The notes under the pieces were generated by a model. That model was not told the origin of the DNA. It saw only the letters and a program-made list of their open reading frames with translations, and did no database searches. Below, one piece after another: positions 40,256-53,350 of a DNA stretch of 64,000 nt; within the stretch, counting starts at the first letter, position 1; every line of letters begins with the position of its first letter. The DNA is from Malacoraja senta (lineage: Eukaryota), in assembly GCA_038087875.1 (NCBI GenBank), contig CM075990.1, positions 13,890,001-13,954,000 on the forward strand, written 5' to 3'. Position numbers and translations under genes: made by a program.

Positions 40256-41774
40256 ATTTTTGTATATCTTCAAATGCAAAAGGTGGTTACATTGATGGAT
40301 GCTCTTTATCCATCCTCTCTCCAATCAGTTTAATGACAAGACAATAAATCTAGGTACCATCGCTTGAGCTGAACCCTGTAACTACACACTCACACTCACA
40401 TACACTCACATGTGTACGCTCGCACATGTGCATACACATGCACGAACACGCATGCATTCACACTTATTCGCGCACACGAACACACAAGCACTCACAGACA
40501 CACAAATTAAAATACACACATGCACTGTAGCTCGAATTAGCATTTCTTAGAAAGGGCTACCCGTGAATATGTGAAAACAGACCTCTGCTATCAACAGGAA
40601 ATTAAATCGCTGTGAGTCACAGCACAGCATAATTATTCACATTTGCGAACCGGCCAATGTGCCAAAAACACAGACTGAACGCACATAACGTAGTGTGCAT
40701 GGGTTCAACAACTAAAATCAAACAGCTTATTGACTGAAAATGTCTCAAGGTTCTTATTAACATCTAAAATAGACAGCTTGGAATCTTGGAGGAAACAGAG
40801 GGATGTTGGAAGACATAACATGGAGCGGAGCAGTTGTGAAATATTCTGCAACGTGTGTCAGTGTGACCTAATTCAAAGCATGAGTTTTAGCTCAATGTTA
40901 TCACACCAGATGAATTTGGGTTCAAGGCTCATTACAGACTTGAGATGAATTCTGCAGCGCGGTATTGAGGAAGTTCTGATATTTCTATCTATATAGAATT
41001 ACATCTAACCTGAGGCAGGGAGAGATGAAACGTGGCCCAAAGGGCGTATGCTGGAGTTTACACAAACCAACTCCCACCATTTCTCCTGATTAGTGCCTCT
41101 ATATTTATATTTCTTTCTCTCTCCAAATTCCCCCAAACTTCCATGTTCATACCATTCCCTGGGCCAAAGAGGCTTCTTCTGAATTCCTCGCAGGTTTATT
41201 CCAATCAATACACCTGCAGGTTTATTGATGATCCGATCAATACATCTACACATCACATCACTGAACCTCCACACTAGATTTCATGATCTAGAGAAAAGGG
41301 TTTGCTCCTCTGGACCCTTCCTTGGCTTGAGGAATCTCAACCTGAAAGGCCGCCTGTCTATTCCCTTGCTGCCTGACCCACTGAGTTCCTCCAGTATTTT
41401 GTGTTTTGCTCAAGATTCGAGCATCTGCAGTTCCTTGCGACTCCAGGAACTTTTCTTTGGTCTTTGTAAAGTAAAAATTCATTTTCTCTGAAATTAGTTG
41501 CTGCCTAGTTCGAGAACCCCAACGAATTGGAAACACCCTCATTGTATCCACCCTGCCAAGTGCTCTCACATAAGATCACACCTCATTCTTCTCGAATTCC
41601 AATGAATATGGATCCAGCCTGCTTAATCTTTCTCCAAGAGAAAACCTCTTCATGTCAGGAATTAATGCAAAGACTAGACTTTGAAATGTTTCCAATGAAA
41701 ATATTTCCTTTCATAAAGAGACCAAAACTATTCCGTCTGCTCTGGATATGGTCTTACCTTTGTACTTTGTACTT

Positions 41775-42016
41775 TCTACACAGAGAGTGGTGAATCTGTG
41801 GAATTCTCTGCCACAGAAGGTAGTTGAGGCCAGTTCATTGGCTATATTTAAGAGGGAGTTAGATGTGGCCCTTGTGGCTAAAGGGATCAGGGGGTATGGA
41901 GAGAAGGCAGGGATGGGATACTGAGTTGGATGATCAGCCATGATCATATCAAATGGCGGTGCAGGCTCGAAGGGCCGAATGGCCTACTCCTGCACCTATT
42001 TTCTATGTTTCTATGT
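41775..42016 (+). mobile_element. Young CR1/HER1-type 3' end
   Basis: cacagagagtggtgaatctgtggaattctctgccacagaagg.. through a (TTTCTATG) tail. Confidence 0.9.
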
Positions 42017-43029
42017 TTACTTCATTCCCCATCTAATAAAGGTTAGCGAAGGTAGGTACTGCTTACGGTTTAAACCAAAGATAGACACAAAATGCTGGAG
42101 GAACTCAGTGGGACAGGCAGCATGTCTGGAGAGAAGGAATGGGTGATGTTTCGGGTCAAGACCTTTCTTCAGGTTTGCATTCCGTTTGCCTTGAAAAATT
42201 ACATATTGCGCTCTTGCTGCATGCTAACTGGCTACTGCAGTGATTTGTAAATGGGGCTTCATTTTTTTTGGTCTTAACCAAAAGAAAGAAGAATTCATCC
42301 TCAAAGAGCAACTGAAAGGTCATTTTAAAAACTTTTTTCTCATCAATAAAACGTCTTATTGATTAATGCTAGACACACAGAATTTACATTTTCATTTGGT
42401 CTGCTTTAAGAATGCCAGACCTGACTGGCATAATTTTCTTATAGGCCACTGAACAATGTTATATGTTTACAGGAAGTACTGCTCAGCTGGAGAAAAGGTC
42501 ATAAGGCTTAAAACACAAAAGTGGAGCAACAATAAAAGGTGTGTTTGCAGGAATGAAACTGAAGAAATAACTAAGATAAAATCTGAGTCCGTCTTTGACA
42601 CATGCAGATGCCGGGGCCTTGAACACAAAAAAAAGTGCTGAAGGAACTCAGCAGGTCGGACAGCATCTGGGGAAGGTCTGAAGAAGAGGATCAGTCTGAA
42701 GAAGGGCCTCACCCATTCCTTTTCTCCAGAGATGCTGCCTGCAGCATTTTGTGTCTAACTGGGGAAGGAACGGATGGATGGCGTTATGGATCAGTATCCT
42801 TCTTCTGACTTTAATTGTTATGGCTATCAATTTCAATTTAGTTGGACTTATCAGTTAATATATCTAGCCAGCAATTAGAAAAAAATGATCAAAACTATCC
42901 GATTTGCCAAGAAAAACTCTCAACACCCCCACCTAAACCAAAGCTGAAAAATGAACATTCAAACCATAATGCGACTGTGACCACTCTTAAAAGGTAATTG
43001 CAAATCTAACGTCATATTTGTCTCTTCAC

Positions 43030-43300
43030 TGGACAGTATGGAACTGGTTCAGAGAGGAGTTTACCACCAGTGACGGATTTTAAAAATGCAAGTTGTGCTT
43101 GACTAATCTAATTTAATTTTTCGTGGAAATCGCAGAGAATAAATACAGGGATACGGTGGAGGTAGAAATGGATTTTCAGTACATGTTAGCTAAGGTGCCA
43201 GATAAGAAACACGCTGTGAAAATGAAAGCAGGTGGCATTGAGGAGGGGGTTACACATGGATAGAGAAATGGCTTGGGAACTGAACACAAAGTTGCTGGAG
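43030..43300 (+). mobile_element. Old CR1 RT N-terminal remnant
   Basis: Degraded CLTNL.F / DF....KVP / K.KA.GI.G...WIEKWL motifs. Confidence 0.6.
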
Positions 43301-43924
43301 AGGGGGGATATATTCCACTGGCAGTTAAATCAGATGCGGAGATACAAATTAAGGGATAGCCTGCATTTGGAGTAGTTCAAAGAATGCTCACTTGGCTGCC
43401 TCTGCAATGGGGGGATGAGGAGGCGTGCTGTCCGTGCATGACATGGAAGCACAGAGCTGCTTGCCGGTGACAACAGATTTGCACTTTAAGCTTTTCTTGG
43501 CGTCAAAGAGCCACAGCTAAGACCATTGGAAACCAGTGCAGAAAAATCAGAAGAGCTTGCAAGGGAAAAACACCAAGTTGGCAGCGAGGGAGGTTGGTTG
43601 TATTGGGAGATGCAAGGAAACAATTTAACAAATAGTTTGCATTTGTATAATGCCCATCGCAAGCTCAGGATGTCACAATGTGGTTGCAGGAATTTAACCA
43701 GAGAGACAATGGAGAAGGGAAGAGAACAGGACTGTGGGAACATCAAAGGATCTCCATGGATTCCAGCCATCCCAAAGCACTACATTCTTTGAAAAGTTGT
43801 CATGCGTGGATCCATGGTCCATTTTGCACTGCAAGTTTACATAAATAATAATGAAATAAACAGGGAAACAAATAACTATAGATGATGGAATCTTGAACAC
43901 AGCTGGAGCAACTCAACGCTGTCC

Positions 43925-44365
43925 GACAATAGACAATAGAATAGAATGGAATAGAATAGAATGCTATTTATTGTCATTCAAACCTAGGCTTGAACGAAAT
44001 ATCAATAGGTGCAGGAGTAGGCCATTTCACCCTTGGAGCCAGCACCGCCATTCAATGTGATCATGGCTGATCATCCCCAATCAGTACCCCGTTCCTGCCT
44101 TCTCCCCATATCCCCTGACTCCACTATTTTTAAGAGCCCTATCTAGCTCTCTCTTGAAAGCATCCAGAGAACCCGCCACCACCGCCCTCTGAGGCAGAGA
44201 ATTCCACAGACTCACAACTCTCTGTGAGAAAAAGTGTTTCCTCGTCTCCGTTCTAAATGGCTTACTCCTTATTCTTAAACTGTGGCCCCTGGTTCTGGAC
44301 TCCCCCAACATCGGGAACATGTTTCCTGCCTCTAGCGTGTCCAAGCCATTAACAATCTTATATGT
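43925..44365 (-). mobile_element. CR1/HER1-type 3' fragment
   Basis: DTLEAGNMFPMLGESRTRGHSLRIRSKPFRTETRKHFFSQRVVSLWNSLP..GYGEKAGTGY; close to the copy at 14466-14960. Confidence 0.92.
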
Positions 44366-45324
44366 TTCAGAAGAAGGGTCCAGACCCGAAACGTCACCTG
44401 TCCATTCCCTCCACAGACGCTGCCTGGCCCACAGAGTTAGTTCAGCATTTTATGTTTAGCTCAGTGAAATAAATGATTAGGTAAACTGTTAATGATGTTG
44501 GTTGAGGGCTGAATATTGGCCGGAGCACTTAAGAGAATTCAGTATGGAGACAAGGGATCTTTTATGCTCCTCTGGGACAACAGATGGAGTTGTCCTAATG
44601 AGTTTAATGGTGTATAGGAAGATTGCGGCCTCTGACAACAGCTCTCATTGCGTTTTGTGTTGGATTTAGCATTCACATCTGTAACAGAGAAATGGACAGT
44701 TCCTGTAAGAGCTGCCTCAGACACATTTGTCTCAGTGAATCAGTCTGTAACCTGCTTACTGCATTGTTTGCACGAAGGACTGTAGGCCTGAACTTCTGCC
44801 ACACTCTTGCATTCCAGTCCATGCAATAGCGTCACCGTGTTTGCATGCATACCTGCTTGCGCGTTCCACATTTGGTGTGGGATTTATGGACAGTCCCTAA
44901 CTATAATCTTGCTTAGCTGTTTCAGGAGCGGGAGGCTAAGGGTCAAGAACATCAATCAGGCAACAATACCTTTCCCCAATGGGCTGTGATGGAATCAAGG
45001 GAGGTCTGAGAGGATAACTCATTACTTAAAGGCAAGCAGGCTTGACTGGGGTGGGGAGGAGGGAGGAAATGGGGACAGACAGGGCACCAGGATCAACTAG
45101 AGTTAACGCAGTGTGGCAGGGAATGTTTAAATCCAAAGTAAATCTCTTTAATGCAGCTGGATCCCTTTCATTTTATTTCTCTCTGTCATGTACTACTATT
45201 TTTCAGAGTCGTTTGCCATAACTTGTTTCAACAGCTCACCTGTAGGTGTGAAACCTTACCACAAGTCCCATTTCCAAACATCTTTTCTCCTCCAAATACC
45301 TGCCCTCGCCTCTCAGATATAGAT

Positions 45325-45598
45325 AGAAACATAGAAACATAGAAAGTAGGTGCGAGAGTAGACCACCAGGCCCATCGAGCCCGCACCGCCATTCGCTCAT
45401 GGCTTAACACTAAACAGACACCCTTACCCACAAACAGTAGACACAAGACACAGAACACAAGACACTACCCTCCCCTTTATACCGCTATCACCCCTCTCCA
45501 CCCCAAGAACCGCGTGATCTCCTGGGGGAGGCAAAAAACCGGATAAAAACCCAGGTCCAATTCGGGAAAAAAAATCCGGGAAATTCCTCTCCGACCCC
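45325..45598 (-). mobile_element. CR1-tail-bearing retroelement 3' end with a distinct UTR
   Basis: (TTTCTATG)n tail and CR1-like terminal stem, but upstream ggggtcggagaggaatttcccgg.. body unlike other copies in the window. Confidence 0.65.
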
Positions 45599-46661
45599 AT
45601 ATATTGGCCAATATATCGCAGCAATATTAAGTGAATTGATTGAAAGAAAGAGCATAGAAACTGAGTCTACATCGACTATCGATCACCCTTTCACACTAGT
45701 TCTATGTTATCCCATTTTGACTCTCTGCATACTAGAGGCAATTTACAGAGACCAATTAACCTATAAACCTGCACATCTTTAGGATGTGTAGGAAACCGGA
45801 ACACCCAGAGAAAACCCACGTAGTCTCAGGAAGAATGTGCAAGTTCCATCCGCACATCAGGATTGAATGCGGTTTGGTGGAGCTGTGAGGCACCAGTTCC
45901 ATTTGCTGCACCACTGTGCTGCTCTTAAAGTGACCAATCATGCCCATGCTGGATTATTGAAAGAGCTATTGAATTTGTTCCCGACTCAGTCCCAGTCCCC
46001 TCACTCTTCCCTTGTTCACACCATTGCTCTAGTGGATCTCTCTGGTAGCTTTTGCTGTGGGAAACCTGGCTGTAACATGTCTCTCCATTGCAACACTGAC
46101 CATACTTCAAAAATACTTCACTGGATGTTTTGAATGCATGGAATAAATCTCCTTAAACCAACACCTTTTGAGTTCTGATTGAATCAGCTCCCACCATCTT
46201 TTATAGCACATTCCTCTTTATAACAACACACTGGATAATTCTTATTTCCTAAAGTCACCTCGAGTTCTTTGCTTAATGCCTCCACTAATCGCTCCCAGAA
46301 TTTCCTGTTAGGCTCCTTTCAATCAGATATACAACTGCTAAAACAGCACCAAATGCCTCTCCGCACAAGTGGAGTATTGTTCCTTGTTGGCCTTTTAGCA
46401 ACCTTTGACTGGGTCAACTATGGTTCTGAAGCCCAGCACAAGTGCAAACTGTATATTACCCACTCAACTCCTCTCCCAGACACTGTCAGACACTTTGGTA
46501 CCCTGCATCTGCCTGCCCCCATCCCTATCTCAATCTATCTTTAGATCGACACAAAGTGCTGGAGTAACTCAGCGGGACAGGCAGCATCTCTGGAGAGAAG
46601 GAACGGGTGACGTTTCGGGTCGAGACCCTTCTTCGGACTATCTTCAGCCGCACACATTTGT

Positions 46662-47154
46662 TTTTTTTTTTTATTTTTTTTATTTTTATTTTTTTTTATT
46701 TTTTAGAAGTACGGTAGATTACAGTAATGTACAACACGTATATATTAATACATTTTTTGTACCGCTTCACTTTTTTAAACTTTAAGAAAGAAAAAGAAAG
46801 AAGTAAGAAAAGTGAAGAAAGTGCGCAAAGGTTGTGAAGTGCAAAAGAGTGTTGGGAAAAGAAAGCCCCTTAGAAAAGAAGTTAGAGAAGGAAGTAAAGT
46901 TAGAAAATAGACCCTAGAAAAAAAAAGAGAAAGAAAGAAGGAACAATCGCTCTATTATAACTCTTATACCATACTTCATAGAGAAGGAACTACCAACCAA
47001 GTCTGTTTTTATTTTACCTCCCATTACCAGGTCCAGATACCTTTTATTTATTTATTTGTTTTTCTAAATTACTATTGCACCTCATGCTTGTAATAGGTCC
47101 AAAAACATAGACCACGTCTTTTGAAATTGGTCTACTTTGCCTACTAGGAGGAAT
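46662..47154 (-). mobile_element. 5'-truncated L1-type LINE with poly(A) tail and TSD
   Basis: Direct repeat agccgcacacatttgt at 46646-46661 and 47155-47170; poly(T) at 46661-46704; minus strand ends ..DQFQKTWSMFLDLLQA*. Confidence 0.75.
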
Positions 47155-48404
47155 AGCCGCACACATTTGTCAGTGGATCGGGGCTTGTCCTGTTTGAGAA
47201 GTAGATTTATAGAAAGTCACTTGCAGCTGACATTACCGAACATGCTATAAATCTCCATCACTTGTGCACTACTCGCAGTGGGCCCCCTACTCTTTGCCCA
47301 CCTTACCTCTCTTATTTGGTTCCATGCTTCACCCTCCCATCCTATCGGCCCTGTGTCACCTCCACCTATCACCTCCCCGTCTGTATCACCATTTCCACCG
47401 AAGACAGACACAAAAGGCTGGAGTAAACTCAGCGGGACAGGCAGCATCTCTGGAGAAAAGGAATAGGTGACGTTTCGGGTCGAGACACTTCTTCAGACTG
47501 AGAGTCGGGGAGAGGGGAATTCAAGGTAGGAAAAGGTACAGAACAAAATCAGAGCTGGCACCGATGACAAGAAAGGTGGTTTTACCTTCCATTTATGGGT
47601 CTAAAACGTGGAATTCACCAACCAACAGTTCTGAAGGGACACCTTCCTCACCACATGTATGGGAAAGAACTGCAGATGCTGTTTACACCAAGATGGGCAC
47701 AAAATGCTGGAGTGAATCATGGATCAGTCTGAAGAAGGTTCTCGACCCAAAACGTCACCCATTCCTATCCAGAGATGCTGCCTGTCCCGTTGAGCATTTG
47801 GTGTCTATCTTCCCCACCGCTGCTGGAATGGCTCCAGGAGCTTGTCACCAACTTCTCAAGGTCAATTAAACATGGGCAGTGAATGCTGACATTGCCAGCC
47901 ACACCCACATGCCATAAACAAGTGAAATACACTGACATTGGCATTCTTTAGCCTGACCAATAGTTTATTGGCTTCTGGCCATGGGTCTGGAGCAGTGAAG
48001 CTGCCAACTTCAGGTTTGAAACATATCTGATGCTCTGACCCTTTACTCTTTTAATTCAGGTTCCAGAGAGCTGAGGCATCTATCAGCAAGTCTGCCAAGC
48101 TGCTGATCACCTTGTCTCCCAGGAGGATCGCCTTCATTGTCAACACATGAATTATCCACATGTTGCCCTCGCCACAATGGGTGTGAATATTTATTGTCCA
48201 CCTGAGATGAGGTGATGAATTGCTGAATGGGCCAATTCATTCTGCTAATAGCACTCGGTGAGGGATTGTGGGGCTCCGCAATCCGTATTAACGTAGAGTA
48301 GATGGCGAACAGTGATATTCCCAAGACTCCAGGAATATTCCCAAGACTTCACGGAGAGGCAGCAAGAGGGCAAGAAGTAATGAGAAAGGAAGGGGCAGGA
48401 GAAA

Positions 48405-48630
48405 AATGAAAAAAAGAGGGGGGTGGGGGGGAGGGGGAGAGGATGGAAGAAAGGAGCGAAGCAAGGGTGAGGGGAAGGGAGGAAGGAGGGAAAGGAGGGA
48501 GAGAGGAAGGGAGGAAGGGAAGGAAAAATGGGTAGAAGGAAGGAAAATAGGAAAGGGAGGATTAAAGGGAGGAATGAGGATGAAAGGAAGGGGAAGAAAG
48601 GCATGGAGGGAAGGAAGGGAGGGCAGGAAG
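48405..48630. repeat. Polypurine (GGAA/GGGA-rich) low-complexity tract
   Basis: Direct inspection. Confidence 0.85.
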
Positions 48631-49029
48631 CAACACATTATCTGTCAATTTAAATAGTACATTTATACAGCATCTTTCACAATTTTCAAACACTTCAAAA
48701 TGATTAAGAGTCAATGAAATATTAAAATAATGTAATCCTAGTGTAGGAAGGATAATAATCAGTTTATATGCAACAAGCTGTCAAAAATATTAATGTGGTA
48801 AATTACTTAATAATCAGTTGACAAAGAGATTAATACTGACCAGGGCACCAGTCAATTCTTGCTCTTCTTTAAAATAGTGTCAGAGGAACTTCTCAGCCCA
48901 TATGTGAATGTGGATGAGGATTCAAGTTAACATCTCACCTGAGAGTACAGCACTCCCCCTGTACTCTGCTGGGCATCAGCCTAGATCGCAGCTCAGGTAA
49001 GCAATGATGAAATCCATGAAAGTGATAAG

Positions 49030-49230
49030 ATCAGAAAGACACAAAAGGCTGGCGGGACAGGCAGCGTCACCGGAGAGAAGGATTGGGTGATGTTTCGGGT
49101 CGAGAGCCCTCTTCAGACCCGAAACGTCACCCACTCCTTCTCTCCAGAGATGTTGCCCTTCCTGCTGAGTTACTCCAGCATTTCGTGTCTATCTTCGGTG
49201 TAAACCAGCATCTGCAGTTCCTTCCTACAC
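49030..49230. mobile_element. Fold-back Penelope pLTR-derived insertion with 11-bp flanking repeat
   Basis: aaagtgataag at 49019-49029 and 49231-49241; two pLTR halves in inverted orientation. Confidence 0.8.
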
Positions 49231-49729
49231 AAAGTGATAAGCTTGGCCACTGGCGACTGCAAATCAAAAGTGAATGAAAGCCTAGGAAAATTCCAGGTGT
49301 AATGTAATCCCTTTAATCTCAGGTATGTAGAGTGAGTGGTTGGGGGTCCATGTTGAACAGTTTGCAGTGATTCAGGATATCTCATTAACCACGGACTACC
49401 TCTATCTTCTCAGCAGATACAGTTCCTGTGGCTTTGTCCTGTGGAGGCTAATTTGGTTGGGAGCAGAATTCACTCCCAATTATAACCTTATCCACAGAAG
49501 AAGGAAAACTTGCTTCACAGCAATCTTTATATAAACCGGGAAAGTAGCAGTTTTGTCACATAACTGCCTCTGCACCCGTGCAAGCAGGAAAGCATTTCTA
49601 TTTAAAGACAGCACACTCATGCGCTCCACAGAACAATCTTATTGCAGAGTATGTGGCTGAACTAAGGGTACAAGCTCCTCTGAATCAATTGTAAAATGTT
49701 AACGGTCTAAAAGCAATCCATTAGACTTA

Positions 49730-50085
49730 AGCCCCTGTCCCACTGTACGAGGTAATTCACGAGTTCTCCCAAGTTTTCCCCTGATTCGAACTCAAGACTG
49801 TCCACAGCGGGTCCGTAGGAGTTCGCGGATGTCTCGTAGCGGCTCGTACGAGTAAAAAGTAACAATTGTTTTCATCACGAGTATTTTTTTACTCGTGGAC
49901 ATTTTTTGCAGTGATGAAAAAACGTCACGAGTTTACCGGATGTCCCGAGTACCTACCGTTAGCATTACGAGCCACTACGAGACTTCCACGAACTCCTACG
50001 GGCCCGCTACGGACATTCTCCGAGTTCGAATCAGGGGAAAACTCGGGAGAACTCTTGAATTACCTCGTACAGTGGGACAGGGGCT
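49730..50085. mobile_element. PIF/Harbinger-type MITE (subfamily D, long TIRs)
   Basis: About 65-bp TIRs gcccctgtcccactgtacgaggtaattc.. / ..gaattacctcgtacagtgggacaggggc, with ttaa at both junctions. Confidence 0.88.
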
Positions 50086-50489
50086 TAACAATTCAGCATG
50101 TATATTAATCCCTTGTGATGACACCGTGATGTGTTGATCAATATGAGAAATAAAATGCTGAACGGTATGTAACAGTAAAAAAGACAAAGAGTGCAGACTC
50201 TTGAGAATGTTCATGAAAGGAATGACTGAAAAGTAATCTCACAGCGATATAGAGGGGTAGAGGATAATGCGGAGCAATGTGAAATAAAAGACATAAAACA
50301 TTTAAACCAAAGCAAAACACAACCATGGGACAAGGGAAAATTTCAACTTTGCTAATGGCAAGATATCCTTCATACATAATTTCAAGATATCCTTCATACA
50401 TAATGTGATTGGTAGTCATCTAGATAGAGGCTCTAGGATGGGCCAAATGGTCTATTTCATTCATTTCCATCCTATGATCGCCAAAGTTA

Positions 50490-50852
50490 CAAAATCATGA
50501 GAGGAATAGATCGGGTGGATGCACAGAGTCTTTTACCCAGAGTAGGGGAATCTAGGACCAGAGGACATAGGTTCATGGTGAAGGGGAAAAGATTTAATAG
50601 GAATCCGAGGGGTACCTTTTTCACTCAGAGGGTGGTGGGTATATGGTACAAGCTACCAGAGGAGGTAGTTGAGGCTGTGACTAACCCATCATTTAAGAAA
50701 CAGTTGGACAGGTACATGGATAGGACAGGTTTGGAGGGTTATGGACCAAATGCAGGCAGGTGGGACTGGTGTAGCTGGGACATGTTGGCCGGTGTGGGAA
50801 AGTTGGGCCGAAGGGCCTGTTTCCACACTGTATCACTCTATGACTATGACTC
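50490..50852 (+). mobile_element. CR1 3' fragment
   Basis: MRGIDRVDAQSLLPRVGESRTRGHRF..FFTQRVVGIW.KLPEEVVEA..FKKQLDRYMDR. Confidence 0.92.
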
Positions 50853-50963
50853 TATTTTCATCCTGCTTTAGGAGTGTTAAAATGAGCAGTAAAGAAAAGT
50901 TTTACAATTGGTACGAGCATCCTGGGACCTTTTACTGCGTTAAAGACACCATATTAATTCAGG

Positions 50964-51547
50964 GGGGATACATCACCTCCCCCCTCTACTCCATTCAAGG
51001 ACCCAAGCAGTCGTTCCAGGTGCGACAGAGGTTCACCTGCATCTCCTCTATTGCATTCGCTGCTCTAGATGCCAGCTGATCTACATCGGTGAGACCAAGC
51101 GGAGGTTTGGCGATCGTTTCGCCGAACACCTCTGGTCGGTCCCGCAATAACCAACCTGAACTCCCGGTGGCTCAGCACTTCAACTCCCCCTCCCATTCCG
51201 TATCTGACCTCTCTGTCCTGGGTCTCCTCCATGGCCACAGCGAGCAACACCGTAAATTGGAGGAAATGCACCTCATATTCCGCTTGGGCAGTCTACATCC
51301 TGGGGGCTTGAACATTGAATTCTCCCAATTCTGCTAGCCCTTGCTGTCCCCTCCCCTTCATCAGCCATCTGGTTGTCTCCTCCCCTCCCCCAGCCCTCGG
51401 GCTCCTCCTCCGCCTTTTTCCTTTTTTCCTTTCTTCTCCCCACCCCCTATCAGTCTGAAGAAGGGTTTCGGCCCGAAACGTTACCTATTTCCTTCGCTCC
51501 ATAGATGCTGCTGCACCCGCTGAGTTTCTCCAGCATTTTTGTGTACC
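50964..51547 (+). mobile_element. Penelope-like element 3' part: GIY-YIG endonuclease remnant plus pLTR
   Basis: FQVRQRFTC..CSRCQLIYIGETKRRFGDRFAEH..PVAQHFNSPSH..RKLEEMHLIFRLGSLHPGGLNIEFS across frameshifts; flanked by (acc)atattaattcagg at 50948-50963 and 51545-51560. Confidence 0.93.
51455..51482 (+). ncRNA. Minimal type-I hammerhead ribozyme-like motif in the Penelope pLTR
   Basis: CUGAAGA-A-[GGGU UUCG GCCC]-GAAAC-GUU; Penelope-like elements are known to carry minimal hammerheads. Stem I is weak and activity is untested. Confidence 0.6.
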
Positions 51548-53350
51548 ATATTAATTCAGGTCATTGGTAGTTTAGTGCACATACCTTTGCTATATCAGAT
51601 CAGAATGTATGGTAACCCTTAAGCAGCCACCGTACTCATTCCCTGGAGCTGTTTTACCCTGTTATCGTAGTCAATGCTATGCATTTATCAGGCTACTGAA
51701 CTAACCTACCAACGACTAGAGAGCAGTCCTGAACTCCCATCTTGGAGACCCTCGGAATATCTTTGATCGGACTTTATTGCCTTTACCTTGCACCAAACTT
51801 TATTCACATTATTCCCTTCATCATGTATCTGTAGGGCTCAAGGAAAGAGCGTTCACGTCGCGGCCCTGTTTCCACAATCTTTCCACCACCACGCACAAGA
51901 AGCACAAGATGCGACAAGACAGACACCATTGTACGCAGATGCCGAGACGTGTGTTCAGCTCTGGCTGAACAACTTCTAATCTTGTGTGTGGACTCGATAA
52001 GAAGAAGAAGATGGATGGCTCGATTGTAATCGTGTATTGTCTTTCCGCTGACTGGTTGGAACTCAACAAAAGCTTTTCACTGTACCTCGGCACACGTGGG
52101 AATAAACTAAACCCAAATCACCCAGCTGCAATTTGAATAGCTTCACAAAAAGAAATCAGCAACGAAAACTGAAGGCCCAAGAAACTGCAACTGCTGGAAT
52201 TTTGAGCAAAACACAAAGTGTTGGAGTAACTCAGCAGGTCAGGCAGTAGTATTTGTGGAGGGAAATGGACAGACAACGTTTCGGGTCGGGACCCAACCTC
52301 AGACTAATTGTAGTGGGAAAGAAAGCTGGAAAAGGCATGTGAGGGGTGGACAAAGTGCGGTGAGTGATAGGTGGATACAGGTGAGGAGGCTGATGTGTGG
52401 AGTAAATGACAAAGGCTGGAAGTGAAAAGGAGACAAAAGGGTATCAGATAAGGAGAAAAGTGGAGAAAGGTAAAGAATGGCCTTTGATGAATAAACCTCG
52501 ACATGCTCCTGACCGGAGTTTGGAATTCCAGCCAGCTCTGGCTCCTCCCTCCACATTTATCTTGGAGGTTATGTTGCCGGGTGGTGTGGATAGAGTGAAC
52601 AGCTTTCAATCCAGCCAATAAATATTTTATAAGGCAGTTCAACGTCCATCAGCGACGGTGGTCGAGCTACAAACCTGCTGAGCTTGGGGTGACCTTCTGC
52701 TCTCTGCTCAGCGGAGTAAGATTTGTGTCATAATAGGCAGGGGCTGGAAAATATCATCCATCCTTTGCACGATTGCTGTCTCTGAATTACAGCCTTCCGT
52801 AAATGTTCAGTGTCTGCTTTCTCTCGCCAGATGCGATGGAATGAGGCGGCAATCGAGACTGACTTCAATTATCCATCAGTTAGTGTTGGCTTGCCCGTAA
52901 ATGACACCTTGTTTTTTTGTCCTCATTGAACTCCATTTCCTGTGATAATCAATGCCGTGCGTACAGCACAATCCCGGCAATATCTCACTCAGACAAGAAC
53001 CAAGCACCATCCCTACTTTATTATTATACATGATCACAATTACCCTTCAGCACATTCCCGTCAGCCACATTTCCAACTTATTTCCCTGTAACTTATTCTC
53101 CCATCTACACATCAAATGCCCCCATGCTCCTGCATCCCACACGCATTAAGGGTCATTTGCAATGGCCATTAACCTCTCACCCAGGGGAAACTCACTTAGT
53201 CACAGTGACAGACAGCGGCGGATGTCAGGATCGAACCATGGAGTTGTCCACTAAATGAAATGTCACTCGGTTTATCATCGCACTAGCACACCAGGCTCGG
53301 AAGATGATCGAGTTAATGCACGCGTTATCCCCAATAAAGGGAAAACTCTT

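Noticed and set aside
48043..48638. ORFs beside the polypurine tract and the duplicated atattcccaagact
   Set aside because: Low-complexity translation; a short duplication alone is not evidence of function.
50359..50403. 24-bp tandem duplication (similar small ones at ~23184-23224, 33257-33336 and 60628-60660)
   Set aside because: Ordinary slippage duplications with no further structure.
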